From positions 1-39,236 of the forward strand of contig CAXXSM010000163.1 of NCBI GenBank assembly GCA_963663405.2: a stretch of DNA of 39,236 nucleotides, in the 5' to 3' direction. Shown in pieces: positions 1-11,921 of this stretch. Positions within the stretch are counted from its first letter, which is position 1; every line of letters starts with the position of its first letter. The notes under the pieces were generated by a model. That model was not told where the DNA came from and ran no database searches. It saw nothing but the letters and a program-made list of their open reading frames with translations. The stretch comes from a bacterium (GTDB lineage Bacteria; Hinthialibacterota; Hinthialibacteria; Hinthialibacterales; Hinthialibacteraceae). Both the position numbers and the translations under genes were made by a program.

Positions 1-2
1 AA

Positions 3-1309
3 TCAACAGATCCTGAAATAGTAAAACTCCGTGAAGAAGAAGCGCAACTCGATAAAGACCGGGTTTCATTAATTCAAAAAGAACTAGGGCCATTAATCAA
101 AGATTATCTCTCAAGTAAGATCGATATTCAGGCTTTCAAATCTAAAATTGATAGTTACAACAAGCGCTTTCAGTATTGGGGATTCAAGGGCATAAAAGGC
201 CAAATGTTTTTTAACCAATTAATCAACGTATCCGAAGTCATCGGTGAAACGGATGCCGAATTGAAGACCGCGATAGTTATTCCGGATAGCGAACAGATGG
301 CATCAAGCCGCATTAAGACCTTCGAAAGCTACGTAAAAAGAATTGGTGATGAACGTGTTGAGTCGGGAGGATCAAAGCATAGCCGCCCAAAAATAGGGAG
401 TATTCCATTCTTCCTTTCGTATTTCTGGCAATTACAAGATAAAGATAAATGGCCGATTTATTATACGATCAGCGTGAACTCTATGATTGATTTGAATCTT
501 TGGCAACCCAAAGAAGAATTAGCCGAAGATTACATCCAGTTCAAACAAATTCACGATGAACTAATTGAATTATATTCTGAAAAGACCGGTCACCCCTATG
601 ACTATTTCACAGTTGAACATATTTTCTGGTACAAAAGCGGAAATCCATTTGATGGAACGAAAGTTGTGGCGAAAACCAACGGAGAGCAAGAATCTTTCAT
701 TGAACCAACCTCTAAAATAATCGGACTCCCAGAAAGTTATGTTCCACCTATTGTGGCTGTTCTTCCCAAAATGGCAGAGCGAAATAAAGAGATTGAAGAG
801 TCTGCCAAATCATCTACAACGAATTTAGAATTTGAAAAGCACGTCAATGCAGCATTTACAATTTTGGGTTATGAAACCAAACTCCTTGGCCAAGGACAGG
901 GACGTGTGCCTGATGGTACAGCCATTGATAGAGACAACTCATATGCCATCATTTGGGATGCGAAAGTACGCTCAAATACCTATAGCCTTGGGACTGATGA
1001 TCGTATCATACGTGAATACATCAGCACACAAAGCCGGGCTTTGAAAAAAACGTTCTTTATTGAGGAATATCTATTACTCTATCATTTCCTCAAAATTCGC
1101 TGATGACTACGATGATTCAATCCAGCTTTTAAAGATGGAAACCGATGTGAGTGAAGTTTGTCTCGTAGAAGCAAGCGCCCTCGTTGTCATGGTGGATGCA
1201 AAATTGCGCTCACCGCTTAACCTATCCCCTTGGCCCGGACGGTATTCAAAGACTCTTTAGCACGAGCGGTATTATGAACGCGGATATGGTTCGGGAACAG
1301 TTGATGTGA
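3..1309 (+). CDS. Putative restriction-type endonuclease with C-terminal FokI-like cleavage domain (5'-truncated by the window edge; two apparent +1 homopolymer frameshifts)
   Basis: The frame of ORF 204..1103 is open from position 3. Segment FEKHVNAAFTILGYETKLLGQGQGRVPDG...AIIWDAKVRSNTYSL resembles the FokI catalytic domain (FE..V...F...GY...LGG.RKPDG...VIVDTKAY..GYNL). Removing one A at A7 (1044-1050) and one C at C4 (1226-1229) extends the frame through RNIYYSIISSKF... to TGA at 1307-1309. Confidence 0.7.
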
Positions 1310-1521
1310 GTAATGTGATACACTCTACTATTTTGATAAAGAAAGGATGTTGAAGTTAGATTGGTACGAAATCTATCGTTTTTTAAAAATTTTGATGATT
1401 AAGACTGAATTTCATGGGATAGTGGTGTACTAAATCCTCTATCGCAATATTCCATGAAGACGAACAGGGGATTTAGTTTGAAAAGAGTATTCTGAAAAAG
1501 ATTTGTATTTTTCTCTCGGTT

Positions 1522-1590
1522 GTTGACTCCTGGTTGACTCCAGGATTTTAGAGAGATGAGGGGATGTGCCGTAAGTCCAGTAAAATCAAA
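1522..1590. mobile_element. Probable att arm of an element integrated at the tRNA-Arg 3' end
   Basis: Tandem direct repeat GTTGACTCC at 1522-1530 and 1533-1541 (11-bp period), plus AT-rich GTAAGTCCAGTAAAATCAAA (1571-1590) directly abutting the tRNA 3' end. The DNA beyond is AT-richer and carries a nuclease gene. Confidence 0.4.
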
Positions 1591-1591
1591 A

Positions 1592-1665
1592 CGCGCCGGG
1601 AGGGACTCGAACCCCCAACCGCCTGATCCGAAGTCAGGTGCTCTATCCAATTGAGCTACCGGCGC
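1592..1665 (-). tRNA. tRNA-Arg (anticodon TCG), CCA not encoded
   Basis: Reverse complement GCGCCGGTAGCTCAATTGGATAGAGCACCTGACTTCGGATCAGGCGGTTGGGGGTTCGAGTCCCTCCCGGCGCG folds as a cloverleaf: acceptor GCGCCGG/CCGGCGC, anticodon arm CCTGA-CTTCGGA-TCAGG, T-loop TTCGAGT. Confidence 0.97.
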
Positions 1666-1922
1666 TTTTTGTTTTATTCAGATTACTTGAATCATCTTTC
1701 TTTTTTGTTTGCCTGGTTTATCTATACGATTCGCTTATATTTTATTCTCCTTGGTTTTTGAATATCGTCAAGGATCATTTCATACGCGGTTCAATACTTA
1801 CTCTCTTACCAGCGGTTTAATCGAATCATTTTTCGTTTTCGTAATTTTATTCTTGCAGAAACAATGCCAGTGAGGATTTTCTTTTCGGCGTTTTACCACA
1901 TCTTCATCGCTCATTTTGTTAC

Positions 1923-5143
<3,221 letters not shown>

Positions 5144-5484
5144 TTAGAAATCAAACAGTTCAGATTAAGATAGAATGTAGACTAAATGTTCATGAAATTA
5201 AAGGAATGTGGGAAACTGGTTGCTTGCCGTGATATTGTGAGAACGATGTTCATTCAAATCGATCAGTGGACGTATTTTTTAAAAACCTGTGATACGCTCA
5301 AAATGGAAAGAGCGCTTCACAAATAGTATGAAGAGATTGAAATGAGTTTGAATCTGTGGAATGATTGATCAAGATAACGTATAGATTAATGCTGTACAGT
5401 AGGCGATTGATTCGAGAGAGTACAATCTTCTTTTTGTCTCGTTCTACGTAACAATCAAATATTGTATAAGAAAAGAGAAGAATA

Positions 5485-6450
5485 ATGAAACGATTCTTAA
5501 TTGTATTTACCGTATTCCTTCCCATCTTCGTGTTGAGTCCATTTGAAGGAAACACCGAACCAGTATCTTTCACTGAAAATGATCAAGGATTTTTATTTCA
5601 AGAGAATGGAGAAAAAATTCTCTTCTATCAACGGGCGCCAAAATCGTTTCAGGGCCGTTACACACGGAACAATTATATCCATCCTCTTTGGAACTTGGAT
5701 GGCTCCATCATCACGGAAGACGCGCCGGGGGATCATTTTCACCAACGTGGGATCTTTTGGACTTGGCATCAAACAGTGGTTGGAGATGTGAAGTGTGGAG
5801 ACGCTTGGGCGTGTCAACGGTTTTCATGGGATGTTAAATCGACACGCATCGATTCTCTATCCAATGGGGCGAAAGAACTTCACGTCACCGTTTTATGGAA
5901 ATCACCGGATTATGTAGACAATGAAGGAAAGCCGATTCCAATCGTACAGGAAGATACGCGGATCACAATCCATCCCAAGGAAGAGAACTACCGCAATATT
6001 GATTTTAACATCCAGCTGCTTGCGCTGCAAAAGGGCGCCGCGATCGGCGGTTCTGATGACGACAAGGGATATGGTGGTTTTTCGCTCCGTATAATGATGC
6101 CGGAAGATCTGACATTCCATTCCGGTGGAAAAACAATCCAACCGGAGAACACAGCGGTCAAAGCGGCAAACTGGATGGATTTTATGGCTACGTTTGATCC
6201 ATCGAAAGGGAGAAGCGGGGTGGCGGTTTTTGTTCATCCGGAGAATCCGGGGGATACAGACCAGTGGATATTACGGCAAAGAGGGAGTATGCAGAATCCG
6301 GTCTTTCCGGGACGTGAAAAGGCGCCGATCTCACAGACTGTGCCCCTGGTTTTGAATTACCGTGTCATCGTTCATACGAAAGACGACATTCCGCTGGATA
6401 AAATGTATCAGGAATACGCGCAATCGAATCGTATGAAGAAGAACCAATAA
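5485..6450 (+). CDS. Secreted DUF6807 / PmoA-like (PF14100) family protein
   Basis: Signal peptide; family-typical YIHPL...G...TEDAPGDHFHQRGIFW, KGYGGF.LR, W.D and W..R motifs. Confidence 0.75.
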   Translation: MKRFLIVFTVFLPIFVLSPFEGNTEPVSFTENDQGFLFQENGEKILFYQRAPKSFQGRYTRNNYIHPLWNLDGSIITEDAPGDHFHQRGIFWTWHQTVVGDVKCGDAWACQRFSWDVKSTRIDSLSNGAKELHVTVLWKSPDYVDNEGKPIPIVQEDTRITIHPKEENYRNIDFNIQLLALQKGAAIGGSDDDKGYGGFSLRIMMPEDLTFHSGGKTIQPENTAVKAANWMDFMATFDPSKGRSGVAVFVHPENPGDTDQWILRQRGSMQNPVFPGREKAPISQTVPLVLNYRVIVHTKDDIPLDKMYQEYAQSNRMKKNQ

Positions 6451-6471
6451 CCAAATCCTGTTTACAAATTG

Positions 6472-8874
6472 TTATTCACGCGCTAATCGATAGTTCGCTG
6501 CCTCCCCATCAAGTTTGATTCGAAAAACAACACCGAAACGGCCATCATCGCATACATACCGTTGTTGACCTTCTCCTTTGATCCCAAGATTACGGCCGCT
6601 TTGTGAGGGTATTGATTTCCAACCGGTGGAAGTTTCTTTTTGCAGTATCCAACCGTCATACTGATTCAACCCTTCAATACAAACACCGATAACCGCATAA
6701 CCCCCCTGGATGGAAAACTCTAAATGTTCATCAAGTATTTGAATTTTTGGTGGAAAATGAGATCGTATCTTTCCTCCTTGGACTTGATTGATTCTAACTG
6801 GATTGAGACCGTACCGCCGCCGTTCGGTCATCGCCGCAGTATAATCATCGCCTTTTTTACCAAACGGCATGATGAATAAGTCTATTTCAAATGCGTCGCC
6901 TTTCTGTAATCCCTTTGCGTTTGTGTAAGGCGCCAATACTAGATTGCTTTCATCGTTTTCTCTGCCTTCGCATGAAACAGCCAATGATTGGAGTGGCTTC
7001 CCACCGATTGTTCCTTTCACTTTTTCGACGATAAAAGCGTTATTGCCTTTGGGGGAGTTCCATAAAACCACGGTTGGTGATTGGGCCGTCATCGGCGTCC
7101 CTTTCAGCGTCCATAATCCATCAAATTGAATCGGCTTAGTTACGATCCTATCCTCTTCGTCAATGTAAGTTACGTTTTGATAACGTAAATGTTGTGTATG
7201 CGTGTCGATTTGCATGATACGAAAATCAGTGGCCCAATCGTTGATTGGAATATCCTCCAACACAGCGCATTTCAATCGAATAAAATTACGCAACTCATCC
7301 AACTGCGCGTATTCGAATGTTTCTAATTCGATTTTCAAGCGTTCATCACTTGAATGATAGTTGAATGTGATATCCGCCCAATTAGGGCCGGTCGAATGGT
7401 AGGTTGTTCCCTCATAAACGATGGTTTGTTTCTCGTTCGGACGATCCGCCGCCGTATATTCCATAAAGATATGTCCGCCTACATTATCGTGTTGAGGTTG
7501 GCTCTCCCACATGCGCCCGCTCATACCGCGCAGATCGGCGATGCTGATACCGGTATAAAAGCGAAATGGGACATAACAGGTGGTCTCCGTTACGCCTGTT
7601 GACATGTGAAAATAATCCATCCATGCGCCGAGTGAGGAAAACTGCTTTAGCGGATGGTTTCCCCAATTTTGATAGAGTTGTAGACTATACAGTTCGACAT
7701 TTTCATCGGGTTCTAATAGTAAAGGGAAATAGATTTCACTGAATGCGTCATCGCCTGGATTATAGAATTTCTCTTCTTTCTCGCCAGCGAAGTTTTTACT
7801 GATTTGCACTCTAATCGGCAACAATTCCTTTTGGTTGTTTAAAACAACACCGCACTCAACCTGCCCCTTGCTGCCGCTGCCTATTTCATGCCGGACATAG
7901 ATTTTTCGTTTGATATGATTGTTGAGAAACTGTATATGCGCCATGCGATAATCATTTTGATTTTCGTAATAATGATAGTTGAATCCACCAGGATTATGAG
8001 ACGATACCACGTAATCTCCACGCCGGGCATCGAACCGCAGTTCAAGCCCCTCTTTGAGGATTAAACGATCGCCTTGTAATGGGTTGAGCGCCGCTTCCAG
8101 TTCCTTCTCACCCTCTGCAAGGGAAATCATTCCCACATCAAACTGTTTGGGCTGTTTGGGAATAAGTGCGTACGGCGCGTTTTCATCATGCCATTGAATG
8201 GCAAACGTTTTGTCATCAATCTGTGTATATTTCGCATATGGATTCGTGGTCGCAAACCAGGCGATTTTTGAGCCATTGTTTTGATGGGTGACTAGATGCC
8301 GTTCATGGAGGTCAGATTGTCGCGCTATAGTAGTATCATGGTTTTTCTGCAAAACAAACGAGAGGGTTTGGATCTGAATTTCTTCGGTCGCATGCAAAAC
8401 AACGCCGATTCTACATGTTTCCGCATAGCTATAAAAAACAATCTCACCTCGGATAGGCGCTGTGACATCATCGCCGTTACAAAACGAAACATCAAGCCAG
8501 TGGATCTCGTTATAATACGGTCCACGGCGATACAAGTTGATTCGTGAAGGGGATGATGTATGTAACGAGGACCAAACGGTTCCAGCCTGATCGATCAATT
8601 CGAAATGGCCTTCATTATATATTATACTATCATTAACGCTAAGCGAATGAACCGCATTTTTCTTATTGTTTTTCAAGTCAAGTAAGATTGAATACCGCTC
8701 CGCATCAATAAAAAAACGATCTCGGTTTGAAGACATATAGCGCGCTTCCAGTTTAGGGACATTTCCCGGCCGCTGGCAAGCGAAATCGTTTTCCCAAAGC
8801 GCAGACGCATACGTTACACTGTCTATTAAAACGATGATTAAGAGAGGAAGTAAAAGTTGTTTAATATTAACCAT
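6472..8874 (-). CDS. Large secreted hypothetical protein (800 aa)
   Basis: Intact long ORF with GGAG RBS and signal peptide (MVNIKQLLLPLLIIVLIDSVTYA); no family recognised. Confidence 0.8.
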   Translation of the reverse strand: MVNIKQLLLPLLIIVLIDSVTYASALWENDFACQRPGNVPKLEARYMSSNRDRFFIDAERYSILLDLKNNKKNAVHSLSVNDSIIYNEGHFELIDQAGTVWSSLHTSSPSRINLYRRGPYYNEIHWLDVSFCNGDDVTAPIRGEIVFYSYAETCRIGVVLHATEEIQIQTLSFVLQKNHDTTIARQSDLHERHLVTHQNNGSKIAWFATTNPYAKYTQIDDKTFAIQWHDENAPYALIPKQPKQFDVGMISLAEGEKELEAALNPLQGDRLILKEGLELRFDARRGDYVVSSHNPGGFNYHYYENQNDYRMAHIQFLNNHIKRKIYVRHEIGSGSKGQVECGVVLNNQKELLPIRVQISKNFAGEKEEKFYNPGDDAFSEIYFPLLLEPDENVELYSLQLYQNWGNHPLKQFSSLGAWMDYFHMSTGVTETTCYVPFRFYTGISIADLRGMSGRMWESQPQHDNVGGHIFMEYTAADRPNEKQTIVYEGTTYHSTGPNWADITFNYHSSDERLKIELETFEYAQLDELRNFIRLKCAVLEDIPINDWATDFRIMQIDTHTQHLRYQNVTYIDEEDRIVTKPIQFDGLWTLKGTPMTAQSPTVVLWNSPKGNNAFIVEKVKGTIGGKPLQSLAVSCEGRENDESNLVLAPYTNAKGLQKGDAFEIDLFIMPFGKKGDDYTAAMTERRRYGLNPVRINQVQGGKIRSHFPPKIQILDEHLEFSIQGGYAVIGVCIEGLNQYDGWILQKETSTGWKSIPSQSGRNLGIKGEGQQRYVCDDGRFGVVFRIKLDGEAANYRLARE

Positions 8875-8946
8875 TCAAACGGATCTCCATATACATAATG
8901 TTGTCTTCTTTATAAAAATTGATTGCTTTCAACAAATGGAATTATG

Positions 8947-9798
8947 TTATTTCAGCTGGTATACGCGAACATAATCGACCTCAAACCGGGCGGGGAATTT
9001 TGTTTTTGAGGGATCGCCTCCGCTGGTTCCTCCAATGGCCAGATTCAGTAGAATGTAGTGTGGTTCGTGAAACGGATTTTTCTTTTCCCGGTCTTGATTC
9101 ACAGTCTTTTCCATTTCAATGGTATTTAATAATTCATCATCGACATAGAGATGGATGAAATCCGGACTCCAATCCATACGCCAAATGTGAAATTGACTGG
9201 ACCAATTGGGATCATTAAACGTTGAAATCGGTTTTTTTAAATTATCCCAAATCGCTGACCATCGTTTTCCGCTGGCCCAACAGGCGTTGGCCAAGAGCAT
9301 ACCCCGGTAATATTCCATAATATCGATTTCTCCACATCCGGGCCATTCGCGCGCGGAGCCTAATGTCCAGAACGCAGGCCAGAGACCCGGCCGCGTATCG
9401 ATACGGCCCCGCATGACAAACCGGCCATAAAGCCATTGATGCAGACCAACTGTTTTCAAGCAAGCGGAAGTGTACTCCGCATAGGCTCTTTCATACATCC
9501 AGATTCCACTTATAGTATTGTAATTTGGGTTTTTCTTTTTCTCACGTCGCGCTTCGATAATCAGCAAGCCGTTTATACATCGCGCGTTGTCTGGTTGATA
9601 CCATTGTAATTCTTGATTGCGGACGAAACCGTTTTCATACGTCCAGTTTTGTGGATTCGGGCGGCCGTCTTGATTAAATTCATCGGCCCAGACCAATTTG
9701 TATTCTTTTTCTTTCGCTAGCTCTGTTTCGGCGGAAAACGCTGGAGTATTTGTGATTGAGATAAGAATGAAAAGTGCAATCAGTCTTCTTGAGTTCAT
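8947..9798 (-). CDS. GH16 beta-1,3-glucanase / laminarinase-like, secreted
   Basis: LVWADEF, GLWPAFW, catalytic GEIDIMEY, ILLNLAIGG, VDYVRVYQ. Start placed at ATG 9798 (MNSRRLIAL...) after an AAGGA RBS. Confidence 0.92.
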   Translation of the reverse strand: MNSRRLIALFILISITNTPAFSAETELAKEKEYKLVWADEFNQDGRPNPQNWTYENGFVRNQELQWYQPDNARCINGLLIIEARREKKKNPNYNTISGIWMYERAYAEYTSACLKTVGLHQWLYGRFVMRGRIDTRPGLWPAFWTLGSAREWPGCGEIDIMEYYRGMLLANACWASGKRWSAIWDNLKKPISTFNDPNWSSQFHIWRMDWSPDFIHLYVDDELLNTIEMEKTVNQDREKKNPFHEPHYILLNLAIGGTSGGDPSKTKFPARFEVDYVRVYQLK

Positions 9799-10064
9799 TT
9801 TAGTTCTATCCTTTCCACATCCAGAAATATTCAACCAATACCTTATGTTGTAATACCATTTTCATATGTTCCGCGGAAAAAAAATGTGGTCAAGACCATT
9901 GCGATTTCATCAAAATAGGCTTATTTTTTAGACGCTGTTTTTTTGCGGGAACAGAATCAGGGGGTGATTTACCGCTTCGATGGGGGAATGAATACATTCC
10001 GCCATTTCCTCCTTTTGTCATTGTTTCTTTTGAGTACCAACATTTTACACTATGAGGAACCAGA

Positions 10065-11210
10065 ATGTTTTTAAAACTTGTTCTGAACCAAGCAGCGCAT
10101 AAATGGGGGATCAATCTATTGATTTTCCTGGCGCTGACAACCGTTGTTTCGCTTTACATTTATCTCAAAAATTCCAGCCAATTCGCCAACCGTTCCATGC
10201 AGCTGATTATGAAAAATATGGGACACAATTTATTACTGCTGCCCGAAGAATCAAATCCACTTGACAGTTATCTATGTACGAATCAGCAAGTCCTTTTTTC
10301 GGAAAACGTAACCCACGAACTCGCCAAGCACACGCGATTAGCCTCTCGATACTATGTCTCCGTTCTCCAACAAAAAATCAATATAGACGGACATGAATTA
10401 ATCCTGACCGGGATTGAACCGGTTCCACGAAAAGATGAAACCCGCGAAAAAGGAAACCTGATCAAGCCATTGAAACGTGGCAGGATTCGCCTGGGCCATA
10501 CGGCGGCGGAAACATTGAACGCAAAAGAGGAATCGGAAATTGTTATTCTTGGCAAGAGCTGCTTCGTATCCGAAATACTCCCACCCAAAGGGACACTGGA
10601 TGACTATCGGATCTATATCGCCTTGCCGGAAAGTCAAGATATATTAAATCAACCAGGTCAGATCAACGCGATCATGTCCTTCGCCTGCCTTCATGTTGGC
10701 AACTTGGAGCAAACCGAAGCGTTCCAAAATCGAGAACTGCCAAAAATTGTACCGGGTATCAAACAGATTACCAAAACTGACATATTTCAAGGACGCTATC
10801 TTGCCCGGATAACAACACAAAAATCGTTAAAATTTTTACTTGCGATTGTTTTCGGTGTGGCGGTTTTGCTGATCACAATTACTGGATTTCAAGAAGTGGC
10901 GGAACGCCGCCGGGAATTGGGGATCCTTGTTTCGATGGGCGCGAGTTATTTCTATATCGCCGCTTTATATTTCGTTAAAATATTCATACTCGCGCTTGTT
11001 TCTTCGATCGCCGGTTTCTTCATCGGATCGTATCTATCGATCTCCTTAAACGAGCCATTGCTAATTGTAAACACATCCTCCATGCGCATTTTGTGGAAAC
11101 ACTTACCGAATACGATTTATATGACCTGCGCGATCGCGCTAATCGCCGAGTTCCTGCCACTTGTGAAACTGGTGAGAATGGATCCAACCGCGACTTTAAT
11201 TGAGGACTAA
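10065..11210 (+). CDS. ABC transporter permease, FtsX/MacB-like
   Basis: One N-terminal TM, large extracytoplasmic loop, C-terminal TMs with V.ERRRELGILVSMGA and terminal MDP...L. Confidence 0.85.
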   Translation: MFLKLVLNQAAHKWGINLLIFLALTTVVSLYIYLKNSSQFANRSMQLIMKNMGHNLLLLPEESNPLDSYLCTNQQVLFSENVTHELAKHTRLASRYYVSVLQQKINIDGHELILTGIEPVPRKDETREKGNLIKPLKRGRIRLGHTAAETLNAKEESEIVILGKSCFVSEILPPKGTLDDYRIYIALPESQDILNQPGQINAIMSFACLHVGNLEQTEAFQNRELPKIVPGIKQITKTDIFQGRYLARITTQKSLKFLLAIVFGVAVLLITITGFQEVAERRRELGILVSMGASYFYIAALYFVKIFILALVSSIAGFFIGSYLSISLNEPLLIVNTSSMRILWKHLPNTIYMTCAIALIAEFLPLVKLVRMDPTATLIED

Positions 11211-11216
11211 ATACCG

Positions 11217-11897
11217 ATGATACAAACTAAGGAACTGACAAAAATATACACGAAATCAAACGAAGATATTATTGCCATAGATAAACTGAACGTATCTATC
11301 AACAAAGGAGATTTCACCGTGATCTACGGCCCCAGCGGCTGTGGAAAGAGCACGTTGCTGCTCCTATTGGGCGGCATGCTCCATCCCACATCCGGTGAAG
11401 TCCTTTTTCAGGATAAAAACATCTACTCCCATGCGCCGTTTTTTCGTCAAAAATACCGCAAATCCATTGTAGGATTCATGTTTCAGAAATTCTTCTTAAT
11501 GCCCTATCTGACGGTGAAGGATAATATACGTCTAGCGTTATCCCTGCGGCAAATGAATCATGGCGCTGAAGAAAGAATCCTTTCGCTTGCGGAACGACTT
11601 GGGATTAAACAGCGGATGAATCATCGGCCGGAGGAACTCAGTGTGGGAGAACAACAACGCGCCGCGTTGGCCCGGACTTTGGCGGGTAATCCAGAACTGA
11701 TCCTGGCGGATGAACCAACGGGGAATCTGGACAAAGAGAATAAACGTATAATCGCCGAATGCATGAGCGAAGAACACTCGCGGGGAAAAACGATCGTTTT
11801 GGCGACGCATGATGAATCACTCATCGAACTTGGAACCAAACGATTCCACTTGGCGCCGGGTCAGCTAACTGATGATAGTCAGAGAGCTGAACAATAA
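11217..11897 (+). CDS. ABC transporter ATP-binding protein, LolD/MacB-like
   Basis: Walker A GPSGCGKS, signature LSVGEQQR, LADEPTGNLD, ATHD. Confidence 0.95.
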   Translation: MIQTKELTKIYTKSNEDIIAIDKLNVSINKGDFTVIYGPSGCGKSTLLLLLGGMLHPTSGEVLFQDKNIYSHAPFFRQKYRKSIVGFMFQKFFLMPYLTVKDNIRLALSLRQMNHGAEERILSLAERLGIKQRMNHRPEELSVGEQQRAALARTLAGNPELILADEPTGNLDKENKRIIAECMSEEHSRGKTIVLATHDESLIELGTKRFHLAPGQLTDDSQRAEQ

Positions 11898-11921
11898 TAT
11901 TTATCATAAGGAAACAATACA

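Noticed and set aside
1399-1820. ORFs 1399..1650 and 1638..1820
   Set aside because: They overlap the tRNA; MDRAPDFGSGGWGFES is simply translated tRNA sequence.
5485-6450. Particulate methane monooxygenase subunit A
   Set aside because: The PmoA-like family name is misleading: the protein is soluble and secreted, and no pmoB or pmoC is present.
9840-10060. Riboswitch or ncRNA in the divergent intergenic region
   Set aside because: Only a short hairpin (GGAATG-AATA-CATTCC); no known RNA family consensus recognised.
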